Source of the DNA: an uncultured virus (IMG/VR IMGVR_UViG_3300001528_000358)
Taxonomy: Duplodnaviria > Heunggongvirae > Uroviricota > Caudoviricetes
IMG/VR virus record: IMGVR_UViG_3300001528_000358
Strand: one strand, 5' to 3'
DNA length: 64,000 nt
The first letter of the stretch is position 1. Every line of letters begins with the position of its first letter. Below are positions 20,670 through 31,285 of the stretch, piece after piece. The notes beneath the pieces are model-generated. The model was not told the origin of the DNA, did no database searches, and saw only the letters and a list, made by a program, of their open reading frames with translations. The translations under genes and the position numbers were made by a program.

Positions 20670-23600
20670 TTAACTGATTAGATAATCATTGATGGTAATA
20701 TCGTCTAAATCAACAACTAACAATTCCGGAACATAGTAACGACGCTCCTCTACTGTCAATTTATCTAAATCTTCTACGTAATTTTTAACTGCCTGATAGT
20801 TTGTATCATAATGATTAATCCCTTTAAATCGAATATGATCGACATAAGAGAATTGTAATTCTATTTTACGCATTAAGTTAGAAATAAAGAGATTATTCAT
20901 ACCAGAAGAATTCACAGTTTCGACTTCTTTCTTAATAAATTCTTTTACTTCATCTTTGACATTTAGTACATCCGTACCCGGAATAAACCACATATCAAAG
21001 TTAAGAGAAAGATTTACAGTGTTAAGAAGTTCTAATTCTTCTCCAATTCTAAAGTCTCTACTTCTGCCATAAGTATTATAGAATTTCACATCAATCGTTG
21101 TTTCATTACGCAAACGATTATGAACGATATCTGTTAAGTTATCATATTGCTCTAAGAAAGAGTTCATGAAATACGATAGATTTTCTGGATTTTCATTGAT
21201 GTTCCATTTAATAAATGGTAATGACATCATCTCCACATCATTAATGTCATAGACATATTCGTATTGTGGATTACCATCATCATCTTCTCCCATTTTATTT
21301 GCTAAAGTATAATCTTTAAAGATTAAATTTGATCTTACATTGTTAAGAGGTTTTAAGAATGTAAGAGGATCCGAAGCTGTCTGATATTCGTTGGTTTCCC
21401 AATATCCTTCTACATGCAAGTCCTCTACAGATGCCAAAGGATTATTGGTTTCTGATGCAGTAATCGTCTCCATTTTTCCTGTCTCTGGAGAGTATCTTCT
21501 TGCATATAACGTATAGATTCTACAAGTAACATCAGTCATAGGGATAAGAATATCATTTAAGTTTGTATCAATTGGATATACTGTACAATATTTAACAACA
21601 TCACCAGCATCTTCCATTTGATAAATACTCTTAGCCAATATCCATTGCTCTACAATATCCCCAGCTTCATCAATATGATTATAATAAGCAGGGTCTTCAT
21701 CCATTACTTCATAATAACTATTATCTGACAAATCTACATATTTCGTCTGCTGTAATAAACGTAATTTTCCATCACTGGTGATATGGTCGTCTGTATAAAA
21801 ATCCATAGAGAATGTGATGTTTTGTGTAGTAACATCATAATCTGTAGGGATTAATTCTATTGCACAGACATCCCTTACACCATCTTTAATAACAGCAAAT
21901 ACACGCAAATCATTATTCACCACACCATATCTATCATTTAAAATATAAGTCTTTTGGTTGTTTTCTTCTTTCTCTTGAATAATCGGGTATTCACTAGAAA
22001 CATTGATAGATGGTAATAATTTTGTCATAATATGATATTTACGTTCATCGGAAAATTCTCTTGTTAATTGAACCTGATATAAAATAAACTGTACATAAGA
22101 ATTTACATTTTGCCATGTAAAATCTAACAATGCTTTCTGGTCAATATATGTCATATAAAGACTTACAAGATTTGGTTGTTTCTTAAATCGAATCAAGAAA
22201 GGGTTGATATAAAGAAACTTCATTTCAGATGGTTCATCGTATTCACGTAAATCATCATAAGACGTAAAATCAAATACAGATAACTTATCATCTTCTCCTT
22301 GACGTCGTTTATATTCAGCAAAGGAAGCTGGTCTATCCAGATATTTTGGTAATTCCGTTTTATCAGTATCATCTGTGATATAATCAATCGTTCCATCTGC
22401 TAATGCTTGTTGATACTCTTTGTATAATCTTTCGTTATCGTCAGCATCTCTTAAGAACTGAGCATATCCAGATGTGTCATTGGAAGTAAAACACATACCC
22501 GGTTCTAACATATAAATATTCTTTTCTGGCATTTCCATCTCGGAAAGATTTAAGAATAAATTCAATGTATTTGTTTTGAAGATATAGTCTCCTTTACGCA
22601 TAATCATGAAAGCAGAATAAATTCTTTCATAAATATCATTTCTTTTCTTTAAGAAAAGGATATCACTGTTATTATAAAGAATTTTATAGTTATTAAAATA
22701 CTCATATAAATCTGCTTCTGTAGTTAATGCGGTAGCTGTTCTATATCCCATAACTGCTAAGGATTGTAATTCATCAATTGTAATCTGGTCTTTACCACCA
22801 GAAGATGCTGTTACCGGTTTTGCTGCAGTTAAATAATTATTTGCATATCTATATTTTTCATCTGTAGGTATGATAGAAATATCTTTACCATTATAGATAT
22901 CAAAATTTCCTTTTTCCCCTAATGTATTATATACAGTAACTTCCAATTCACTGCCATACTCTGGAGAAAAGAAATCATCTTTTGTGTTAAATGATAATCT
23001 TACTGTATCTTCATCTAACATCTGATAATAACAAAATGGTTTATTGACTGGCTGCGAATAAATAACCAATTTCTCCAATTGTGTATCAAATGTTTCACTT
23101 GTTGGAGAACGATACATTACATCAAATCCAGCAATCTTTCCATCAAAGTTAATATCTACTGTTTTATAGTTAATTGTGTTATTCGTAAGAACATCATGAT
23201 ATTCTACACTTCGTGTACATTGATGACATTGGATCTCTAATGCAACATATCCATCATCACTACGTCTTACTTTAATATATGGATCCGTAATTTCTGAAAT
23301 AGAATTTTTGAAATTTTCCGGAATCATATAAGAAGCAGAGAATAAATATTTATCCCCTGTTAATTCATTCGTCTTTTTTACAATACGCATTTCAATATCA
23401 TAATCCATTAAAAATGGAATATCTTCTACGTAAAGCATTGTATTTTTGTCAATATAAAAATAATAAATACCGTTAACATAATGGTCAACCATATTTTTTA
23501 TAATTGCTTCTTCTTCCATTACCAAAAGAAATTTACAAGTTGCGGCATTTGAAAATACATTTTGTAATTGAAAGATTGCAGCATGAGAGTAAATACTTTC

Positions 23601-23834
23601 TGGGATTTGTGCTCTATTCGGAAATGTTTCTCGGAATAAGACACTGCCAGAATTAAATACATCTTCTGCAATATTTCCAATCTGTTCGGTTGTGAAACCA
23701 ATCATACCAATACTTCGTAAAGAGGGATCAATTTCATCAAAATACTTTCCAACTAAATTGTCTTTTGTAAAGGATTTAAAAGAAAAATTATCTCGATAAC
23801 TTCTCACGGTATATTCGTTTGTATCTGTTGCCAT
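20670..23834 (-). CDS. putative baseplate wedge protein (1054 aa)
   Basis: E-x-F-P-x-x-A-Q-x-x-x-S-I and SGGKD...IDEL segments resemble myophage baseplate wedge (T4 gp6/BppJ-like) proteins; tail-module context. Confidence 0.6.
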   Translation of the reverse strand: MATDTNEYTVRSYRDNFSFKSFTKDNLVGKYFDEIDPSLRSIGMIGFTTEQIGNIAEDVFNSGSVLFRETFPNRAQIPESIYSHAAIFQLQNVFSNAATCKFLLVMEEEAIIKNMVDHYVNGIYYFYIDKNTMLYVEDIPFLMDYDIEMRIVKKTNELTGDKYLFSASYMIPENFKNSISEITDPYIKVRRSDDGYVALEIQCHQCTRSVEYHDVLTNNTINYKTVDINFDGKIAGFDVMYRSPTSETFDTQLEKLVIYSQPVNKPFCYYQMLDEDTVRLSFNTKDDFFSPEYGSELEVTVYNTLGEKGNFDIYNGKDISIIPTDEKYRYANNYLTAAKPVTASSGGKDQITIDELQSLAVMGYRTATALTTEADLYEYFNNYKILYNNSDILFLKKRNDIYERIYSAFMIMRKGDYIFKTNTLNLFLNLSEMEMPEKNIYMLEPGMCFTSNDTSGYAQFLRDADDNERLYKEYQQALADGTIDYITDDTDKTELPKYLDRPASFAEYKRRQGEDDKLSVFDFTSYDDLREYDEPSEMKFLYINPFLIRFKKQPNLVSLYMTYIDQKALLDFTWQNVNSYVQFILYQVQLTREFSDERKYHIMTKLLPSINVSSEYPIIQEKEENNQKTYILNDRYGVVNNDLRVFAVIKDGVRDVCAIELIPTDYDVTTQNITFSMDFYTDDHITSDGKLRLLQQTKYVDLSDNSYYEVMDEDPAYYNHIDEAGDIVEQWILAKSIYQMEDAGDVVKYCTVYPIDTNLNDILIPMTDVTCRIYTLYARRYSPETGKMETITASETNNPLASVEDLHVEGYWETNEYQTASDPLTFLKPLNNVRSNLIFKDYTLANKMGEDDDGNPQYEYVYDINDVEMMSLPFIKWNINENPENLSYFMNSFLEQYDNLTDIVHNRLRNETTIDVKFYNTYGRSRDFRIGEELELLNTVNLSLNFDMWFIPGTDVLNVKDEVKEFIKKEVETVNSSGMNNLFISNLMRKIELQFSYVDHIRFKGINHYDTNYQAVKNYVEDLDKLTVEERRYYVPELLVVDLDDITINDYLIS

Positions 23835-23846
23835 AATTTCTCCTTT

Positions 23847-25004
23847 CTATTCGCCTTCAATAAATCGTAATTTATAAAAATATTGGGAACCTACTTTCAC
23901 TTTTTCTACATAAGGACATCCTACCCATGTTGGTCCAACACCATGTAAAGTTTCATCATAGGTTGGTACATACTTTAAATTAGAAATTCCAGATATATTG
24001 GAATTCTTATTAAACTCTGCAATAATGACGGGTTCAAAATCTTTCTTAAATGAATAATTGTAAGTAATGGATATTTCGTCTGCATTTTTAATCATATTAC
24101 CCGATGCCCATGCAAATTGGTCAGTTGGTAATGAAGCAGGAAATACACCATAATATTTGGACCAGAATAAAATCGTTTCATTATCTTCTGCTAAAATAAA
24201 ATAATAAATTGCACTTGCATAATCTAATATCTTATTCATAACATCAGATGTTTTTGGTAAAATAGAACCACGATAAACACCACTGATATATTCGATCCAT
24301 AATTTATGTAATTGATAAATATGCATTTGTTTATCATCCTGAAAACTCAGGCTCAATGTTCCTGCTGTTTTGGAGTCTATGCTATTTTTACCATACGCAA
24401 TTTTGTATCCTGTGTAAGTTGTACCATACGTAGATGTTTCTAATACTTCATCATTTGGTGAAAATGAAACAACATGATTAGATAAAGACATCATAAACTG
24501 ATGACTTTTTCCATTATCCATTACTAATTCTCTAATTAATTTTGGAGATTGTTTCATAGCATAATCAAACATCTGATTATTTTTTACACTTGTTGTAAGA
24601 GCTGTCCCACTATTCGTTGTGAGATTACAGCTTGGACGTACAAAAAATACATGTGCAAATCCACGTTGTAATTTATCACTAGCAACTGGTAATTTAAAAC
24701 GATTATAATTATTAATCGAATTATTCCATATATCCAAAGCAGAACGAGTAGGTTCATCAATTATACCTAAGTTTTTATGTATTTTTTTTAAAAAATCATT
24801 TACTTTATATTGATGATTAGTGGCATATGTATTTTGTGGGGTATGTGGTCTATCAATAGTATTATCTGGCTTAGTCCATTTTTCATTTGCATACCATGCT
24901 TCCCCCAAACTATCAATTTCAGTATAAGCTTTCAGTTCTTTTGGCTCAGAATTTTTTGACCCTTCTTGACCTTTACTATTTAAATACGGGGCTTTACCAC
25001 TCAT
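23847..25004 (-). CDS. tail tube-fold baseplate/tube-initiator protein
   Basis: GTLSLSFQDD..IYQLHKLWIEYI..YYGVFP..ISITYNY pattern of the T4 gp19/gp48/gp54-like fold; late motif 25043-25055. Confidence 0.55.
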   Translation of the reverse strand: MSGKAPYLNSKGQEGSKNSEPKELKAYTEIDSLGEAWYANEKWTKPDNTIDRPHTPQNTYATNHQYKVNDFLKKIHKNLGIIDEPTRSALDIWNNSINNYNRFKLPVASDKLQRGFAHVFFVRPSCNLTTNSGTALTTSVKNNQMFDYAMKQSPKLIRELVMDNGKSHQFMMSLSNHVVSFSPNDEVLETSTYGTTYTGYKIAYGKNSIDSKTAGTLSLSFQDDKQMHIYQLHKLWIEYISGVYRGSILPKTSDVMNKILDYASAIYYFILAEDNETILFWSKYYGVFPASLPTDQFAWASGNMIKNADEISITYNYSFKKDFEPVIIAEFNKNSNISGISNLKYVPTYDETLHGVGPTWVGCPYVEKVKVGSQYFYKLRFIEGE

Positions 25005-25146
25005 TTTATATTTTCACTTCCTTTCTATATGAAAATATAGCTTTACCTTATTGTTTTTTATGGTTTTTCGTATTAGTTATATATTATTTTTGTGTATTTT
25101 AAATACATGAAAACACATTTTACTTATGACAAAGGAGGTTATTCCC

Positions 25147-25374
25147 ATGGGAAAAGGAAAAGTAATTGTAGAAGGTTGTCTGGCTGCAGCAGATAAACTT
25201 TTGCACGATGAAAAGTTTCAGGAAATGATCTGTGGCAAGTACTCAGATGGTACAACACGCAGTATTCCTGATGCAATCAATGGAGAATACATGTCTCCAA
25301 AAGAAAAGAAAAAGGAGATGAAAAAAATCAAAAAAAGAAAAAAGAAACATAAAGCCAAAAGATTTAGACTATAA
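25147..25374 (+). CDS. small protein with poly-Lys C-terminus
   Basis: AAGGAGG RBS before ATG 25147; TATATTATTT at 25080-25089; bidirectional hairpin ~25396-25439. Confidence 0.7.
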   Translation: MGKGKVIVEGCLAAADKLLHDEKFQEMICGKYSDGTTRSIPDAINGEYMSPKEKKKEMKKIKKRKKKHKAKRFRL

Positions 25375-25437
25375 TTGTTATGTTTCTTTAATAGAAATAA
25401 CAGATGGAACCGCTCATTCCATCTGTTATTTTTTTTT

Positions 25438-26727
25438 TTATACAATTAATGTATCTTTGTGTAATTTGTCTATCATTTGTTTTCTAAAATCTACATTTAA
25501 TTTTAAATTCATTTTGCGGTCATCGTCCATAGAATCACTATTATCGATGTATCCATGAAGAGTTTGATCCAATGATTTTTTTGTAAGACGTTTACCCATA
25601 TAATTAACTGCAAAACGATCTGCTTCCAATTCCATCATTAATGTTGCTAAACATGTATTTGTATTCTGACATCTAACACTATTTTTCTTACAGAATTTTT
25701 TAAATTCTTTCCTCAATTCATATATTCTTTCAACAACTTCTTTATCATCATAAGAATATGGTTTTTCATTAAAATGATCTTCATAATAGTGACCCATTTC
25801 ATGATATAAAATTACATTTTGCATTTCTTTAGAGTGTTCAAAAAAGTCCTTGGAAACAAAAATATTTAAACCACCACAATTGAAAGCACTGACATTTGGA
25901 TAATCTGTTTGGTATACTGTATATTTGAGTCTTCCCCAGCACATTTCACGAACAGCAGTTGAATGTTTCATTATCTCTTCATCACTAATCTCCGCAGGAT
26001 CTACCTCTATTTTTTTTACACAATTTTTTGAATACATGTTTACTTTCTTAGTTAATCCTTCTTTAATACTAAATAAACCATCGTGGATGTTACCATTAAC
26101 AATTTCACTTCGTCGTTTAATCATTTTCATAAGTTTTTTAACTGCACATTTGAATAAATCTTCTGTATAAGTATCATTTCTTTTCGCCTTTTCAAGCATC
26201 TTACGTACATCTTTCAATAATGCAACATCATTATCGAGATCTGATTCTAAAAAATTAGCACAATATTCAATCATTTCACTTGCTTCAGCTAAATTTACTT
26301 TCCACATATATTTGGAGGAATTGTTGGATGTTTTAATACAATACTCTTCTAAAATATCCATGATACCGTCTTCATCATGATGAATAATTGCTGTTGCTAA
26401 ATTTTTGGCATAATGTAATTGTGCAGTTTTATTTGTACGCAAATCATCAGTTTCGATATAATGAACAAAAATAAATTTTTTATTTTTTAATTCTGGAATA
26501 TTTTTATTGATATATTTGCATTTTTTTATTGCTTCTTTTAAATATTTAATATCATTTTTTTCTTTACGAATTTTCTTTATTTGAGTCACATATGTATCAA
26601 AAATTTGTAGTAGTTTATCTATTGGAGCAAGAGGATTTACCTTCTCTGTATACTCCATTTCAATATTATCCAATTCTTCTAAATAATATTCTGTAATAAG
26701 ATCTAAACTTAATTCCATATCATTCAT
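25438..26727 (-). CDS. putative zinc metallopeptidase (M48/M56-like, HExxH)
   Basis: AFNCGG..IFVS..VILYHEMGH..ELEADRFA; late motif 26751-26763. Confidence 0.72.
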   Translation of the reverse strand: MNDMELSLDLITEYYLEELDNIEMEYTEKVNPLAPIDKLLQIFDTYVTQIKKIRKEKNDIKYLKEAIKKCKYINKNIPELKNKKFIFVHYIETDDLRTNKTAQLHYAKNLATAIIHHDEDGIMDILEEYCIKTSNNSSKYMWKVNLAEASEMIEYCANFLESDLDNDVALLKDVRKMLEKAKRNDTYTEDLFKCAVKKLMKMIKRRSEIVNGNIHDGLFSIKEGLTKKVNMYSKNCVKKIEVDPAEISDEEIMKHSTAVREMCWGRLKYTVYQTDYPNVSAFNCGGLNIFVSKDFFEHSKEMQNVILYHEMGHYYEDHFNEKPYSYDDKEVVERIYELRKEFKKFCKKNSVRCQNTNTCLATLMMELEADRFAVNYMGKRLTKKSLDQTLHGYIDNSDSMDDDRKMNLKLNVDFRKQMIDKLHKDTLIV

Positions 26728-26833
26728 TGTATATTTCTCCTTATTTAATCTTATTTAATTGTCCTATGAATTTACTATATTTTTATTATTGATTTTACTT
26801 ATGATTAAAAAATTTTACAGAGAAAGAAAGGAA

Positions 26834-27112
26834 ATGAAAACAATGAATGTAACAAAAGAGGTACTAAACGAATGTAAAAAATATAAAGATACAATTATGG
26901 ATACCGTAGAAGGTATCTTAAAAGAAAAAGAAATTAAATATGAAGTGGATAGTAAAGGTTTTGGAATATTTGTAGAAGAAAATGAAGATACACTTTTAGA
27001 TATGATCGTAGATTCTACCGGAATATCTAAAACTGTAATTAAAATTTTACTTTTATTCATTCCGGCACCAAACAATACTAAAATGTGTTTGGTAAGATTA
27101 AATTATAAATAA
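26834..27112 (+). CDS. hypothetical protein
   Basis: GAAAGGA RBS; start at 26834 or 26843 rather than the ORF-track start. Confidence 0.6.
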   Translation: MKTMNVTKEVLNECKKYKDTIMDTVEGILKEKEIKYEVDSKGFGIFVEENEDTLLDMIVDSTGISKTVIKILLLFIPAPNNTKMCLVRLNYK

Positions 27113-27125
27113 GAAAGGAAAAAAG

Positions 27126-27908
27126 ATGAAGAATAATATTGGTAAATATACTATATCAGATAATGTAAAAAACAATCCTCTGATGTATCTTGCATCACAA
27201 ATTGTATTAGATGATGGACGTATATTAGAAAATGTAATTAAAGATATCGAAAAAAGTATTTCTGAACTTAAAAAAGAAAGCCCGTATACATTTATTATCC
27301 ACAATCAGGATGAATTTAATGATTGGGTTCGACGTAAATCAAGTGACGACAGTGACTATACTCACGTTTTAATGTATCCAGGTGAGTATATTTTTGATCC
27401 ATCTGTTTATTCCAAGTGCATCGCTTTAGATCATAACACACATAAAACCATTACTCTAACCGGTTCGCCCGAGGGAACTACTAAAATCATTTGTTTCGAT
27501 CATGATATGGGTATGTTTGGAAATTGTGGTTGGAAAGATGCAATAATATCAAATATTGATATTGATATGAGATTTACAGAAAACTATGATAATATTTCAT
27601 CAGATTTAATTGGTCTATTTGATTTTCAAAAAATAGAAAATGTAAATCTTACAATATTTTTAGATGATCATTTAAAAAATCTAAAAGAGGTTGCGGCAGT
27701 ATCCCGTTGTAAAAACATTAATAACTGTAATTTTACAATAAAAGATAGTGGTAATTATGATTATCAAAGACTTATTTATGGTTTCCTAAGATCTGAAAAT
27801 GGCCATGGAAACCGTGTTATAATTGAAACACAATCTGATACTGCTGTTAAGCAATTTCAATCAGGATGTGCTGATATTGAAAAATCAGATAATTCTTATT
27901 ATGCTTAA
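27126..27908 (+). CDS. putative beta-helix (pectin-lyase-like) protein
   Basis: FIIHNQDEF...VLMYPGEY...ITLTG cap pattern followed by ISNIDI/IENVNL/INNCNF coils. Confidence 0.5.
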   Translation: MKNNIGKYTISDNVKNNPLMYLASQIVLDDGRILENVIKDIEKSISELKKESPYTFIIHNQDEFNDWVRRKSSDDSDYTHVLMYPGEYIFDPSVYSKCIALDHNTHKTITLTGSPEGTTKIICFDHDMGMFGNCGWKDAIISNIDIDMRFTENYDNISSDLIGLFDFQKIENVNLTIFLDDHLKNLKEVAAVSRCKNINNCNFTIKDSGNYDYQRLIYGFLRSENGHGNRVIIETQSDTAVKQFQSGCADIEKSDNSYYA

Positions 27909-27945
27909 AAATAAGAGAGATAGAATATTCTATCTCTCTTATTTT

Positions 27946-29067
27946 TTACAGAATCTTTCTTACATAATCGCCAATTGTAATATTTGGAATATCGACAACA
28001 ACGAGTCCTTTTCTAACCATACAGTCTGGATTAAAAATAGAATCCGGATACTTGTCTTCTACGACAAGTAATGCTCCTGGTTTTTCAAAAGTTGTTCTTT
28101 CGTAATAATACCCGCGACCATCATCAATATCTGGATCTGGTTTACAAGGACAATCTGGTTTTGGTGGTTCTTCTACTGGCGGACATGGACAAGGGTCTTC
28201 ATTCCCATCATCAACATCCCAATCTGGATCTTTCGGTTCACATGGACAGTCATCACCAGGGTCTGGGTCCAATCCATCATCTTTACCATTTTTAATCCAG
28301 ATATTTTCCTGAAGGACTTTTGCAACTTCATTGTCATCATATACTACAATAAAGTTATCAAGTAAAATCTCTACCCCAAATTCAATCAATCTAGGGACAT
28401 AATTTAATTCAATTGGAGTATATTCAATACCCTGTTCTTTGGAAGAAAATACTAATCGAGTATATTCTAAAGAGGACTCAATAGTATGAGAACCATATTT
28501 AAATGGTCTTTCTTCCATGGATTTATGTCTTTCCTCAACAGTATCAGTATCCTGGTAGATATTAATATTATTGATTCTTAAAATAAATTTCTGATTTGGT
28601 TGTCTCATAATACCATATGGTAAACCATCTCTAAACCGGAAATCAATCTGTTTTTCAAATTTCTTTACAAAACGATATACAAGTTCATTATTCTTAGCAA
28701 TTCCTAATGGAACCATTGCGTCTAATGGTTTGATATTCTGTACGGAGATGGAATGGTCAATTTCTTTTCCATTTGCAGCATGTAAAGAATAATCAATTGT
28801 CATTTTGTAGAAGTTTTGAATAGTATCAATTTGTGTAATTAAATGATATTTTAATGCAGACATCATTTCTTGATACATTGCTTTATTGGTCTTAACATTT
28901 TTATTATTAAAAAAGTCTAACCAAAGCTGTACACGTACTTTTTTATTACTTTCATCATATGTTAACGATGAATGGTTTTCTGTTGTACGTAATACATGGT
29001 AAGGAATATACGATGGTTGATCCATCTTATAAAGCGTATCGTCAATAATCGTATAAACTGCTTTCAC
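27946..29067 (-). CDS. hypothetical protein with Cys/Pro/Asp-rich linker
   Basis: Three CPC motifs in a D/P-rich segment; bidirectional hairpin 27907-27947. Confidence 0.65.
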   Translation of the reverse strand: MKAVYTIIDDTLYKMDQPSYIPYHVLRTTENHSSLTYDESNKKVRVQLWLDFFNNKNVKTNKAMYQEMMSALKYHLITQIDTIQNFYKMTIDYSLHAANGKEIDHSISVQNIKPLDAMVPLGIAKNNELVYRFVKKFEKQIDFRFRDGLPYGIMRQPNQKFILRINNINIYQDTDTVEERHKSMEERPFKYGSHTIESSLEYTRLVFSSKEQGIEYTPIELNYVPRLIEFGVEILLDNFIVVYDDNEVAKVLQENIWIKNGKDDGLDPDPGDDCPCEPKDPDWDVDDGNEDPCPCPPVEEPPKPDCPCKPDPDIDDGRGYYYERTTFEKPGALLVVEDKYPDSIFNPDCMVRKGLVVVDIPNITIGDYVRKIL

Positions 29068-29073
29068 TTATTA

Positions 29074-29673
29074 TCACCCTTTCTCTTGCATTTTCTTTCT
29101 ATTGTAACCACTATCATGTTCTTCCATGTAAGAAACCGTAATTTCTATTCGTGGTTTGATAGAATAATATTTTTTTGAAACCCCTTCCACAATTAACGAA
29201 TCATCATAGATAATTAATCCTTGTAACATATCACAATATGCTTTCCCAACATTATCCCAATCTGGTTTTGATATTGGACGGATAAATCCAAGTTCTGCTA
29301 AAACTTTTTCTATTTGATTCATGGAAGAAGGGATTGGCAAATAGGACTTACAAATGAATTTGGTTGGAGTAGTAATCATATCTACATCCATATCTTTAAT
29401 GAATTGCTTAAAGAGTTTTTTATTATCTTTCGCTCCTTTTACATAAAAAACACCCCGTCTTCCTAATCTTGGTCTTGGTGTCGCTTTCGGCAAAAGATAA
29501 ATCGTAAACGTCTTTGTAATCCAATTAATATTTTTTATTCTTTGAATTTCCATTTGTAAGGATTTTTTTCGTTTATCTGTTTTAATTGGTTCAATTAATT
29601 GATCTAATCTTTCTTCATAAGATTCACTAATATCCCCATATTTTTCATTGTATTCTTTTTGCATTTTTAACAT
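29074..29673 (-). CDS. rusA: RusA-like Holliday junction resolvase
   Basis: PKATPRPR, KPDWDNVGKAYCD, IIYDDSLIV..KYYS..PRIEITV. Confidence 0.88.
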   Translation of the reverse strand: MLKMQKEYNEKYGDISESYEERLDQLIEPIKTDKRKKSLQMEIQRIKNINWITKTFTIYLLPKATPRPRLGRRGVFYVKGAKDNKKLFKQFIKDMDVDMITTPTKFICKSYLPIPSSMNQIEKVLAELGFIRPISKPDWDNVGKAYCDMLQGLIIYDDSLIVEGVSKKYYSIKPRIEITVSYMEEHDSGYNRKKMQEKG

Positions 29674-29685
29674 AAGTCTATTCCT

Positions 29686-31212
29686 CTACCATGTTAATGA
29701 TGTGATGGCTGCAACCTTTTCATCAATTTTTGTTTGAATATAATTGATTGCATTGTCTGGAATGTCCTCTATTGCATTACTAAGTACATTAATAATCATC
29801 TCAGTTTTTTTATGAATATTTGGTGCTGTTAATGATAACCCACAGTTTACTGCTAAAAATTCTACCAGTGAAGAATTATTAACAAACATAGTTGGACTTG
29901 TTTGTGGTGTGATAGATAAATCACTATATAAATCATCTATCTCTAAAGATACATCAACTTCATTTGCCAATCCATCTATACTATAAGAATCACTCATTTT
30001 CTGTATAGAAATTGAACGTACGATTCCTAAGTTACAAGTGAAGCTACCATCCATTGAAACCTTTACTAAGAATGGTGAACCATATGAATTGGCAGTTTTT
30101 TCTCTAGGTAATGCTAATGCTAGCAAATGCATCATTGGTACAAATACATTCAAATAGTATCCAAGCTTTGTTCCATATGGAGATTTTAAATGTACAGTAA
30201 TTGAATATGATTTACTATATTCACTACTCTGATAAATATCAGGAATAACCACATTCTCTCCTTTTAATACATTACCACCAAGGTTGATAATACGTGATAA
30301 AACACCACCTACATTAGAACCACCCAATATAGAATTTGTAATACCATCCAATCCTTGTGCAGCAGTATCAACAAATGCATTGTATCCTTCTGTTCCAACA
30401 CCTCCAGAATTTAGCATGAAAGCCAAATCTTTTAAATAATTAGAACCAGTATCAACCATAGATTTTAATGATGATTCACCCGTTGTATTCGACATACTTT
30501 CACTTACACCCGATTCCGGATCCACATAAAATTGTACAAAATTATATGTAGCAAGTGCTTCTTCTACATCCGCATTGTCATCACTAGAACCACCGGATTC
30601 AAATAATAATCCTTTTGCCAATTTAGCAGTAGATTTAAATATACTACCTGCAGTTTTCGCAATATTGACAATTGGATTAGTAGAAGCTGTTTTATCTTCA
30701 GATGCTGCCGCATCCGTTGATGATTCTTTAATTTCTTTTCCAGCTCTTCTGACCAATGTATCGTATGTTACAGATTCTTGTCTGTAGTTTTTCCAATCAT
30801 AATGGTCAAAAGCAGTACCATCGATTTCATCATCAATATCCAAAAAGGTAGCACCAACTCTACAAAGAATATTCACATAACTCATATAACTAAGATATGC
30901 TCTTTTAAAATCGTATAACCTCAAATCTTCAGTCTTTGTTGTATTAATTGCTGAAGATAATGTAGCAAACCCTTCAGACGCAGATTGAATCAATGCTGCA
31001 GTTGTACTTACTTTTTTATCTTTTGTCGTATCTGCAGGAAGATAATCTGGTTCACCCGGGATAATGGTTACTAGAGGACCTTCAATAACTATGTTTCGAA
31101 GGAAATTGTTTCCTATGGTATCGGAAAGTCCATCGATTCTTGGATCAACTGCATCAGGAAACTGGTACGGTAATCCAAATAATCTCATGTTTCTTTTCAT
31201 TAATTGACTCAT
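29686..31212 (-). CDS. baseplate hub/tail tube cap-like structural protein
   Basis: KSYSITVHLKSP..PFLVKV..CNLGIVRSISI..DGLANEVDVSLEI tube-fold pattern; adjacent to the tape measure gene. Confidence 0.55.
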   Translation of the reverse strand: MSQLMKRNMRLFGLPYQFPDAVDPRIDGLSDTIGNNFLRNIVIEGPLVTIIPGEPDYLPADTTKDKKVSTTAALIQSASEGFATLSSAINTTKTEDLRLYDFKRAYLSYMSYVNILCRVGATFLDIDDEIDGTAFDHYDWKNYRQESVTYDTLVRRAGKEIKESSTDAAASEDKTASTNPIVNIAKTAGSIFKSTAKLAKGLLFESGGSSDDNADVEEALATYNFVQFYVDPESGVSESMSNTTGESSLKSMVDTGSNYLKDLAFMLNSGGVGTEGYNAFVDTAAQGLDGITNSILGGSNVGGVLSRIINLGGNVLKGENVVIPDIYQSSEYSKSYSITVHLKSPYGTKLGYYLNVFVPMMHLLALALPREKTANSYGSPFLVKVSMDGSFTCNLGIVRSISIQKMSDSYSIDGLANEVDVSLEIDDLYSDLSITPQTSPTMFVNNSSLVEFLAVNCGLSLTAPNIHKKTEMIINVLSNAIEDIPDNAINYIQTKIDEKVAAITSLTW

Positions 31213-31285
31213 AAATTCACCTACTTTATAAAAAATAGAATAAGAGAATGATATGAGTCATTCTCTTATTCTACTGTTTTTCTGG

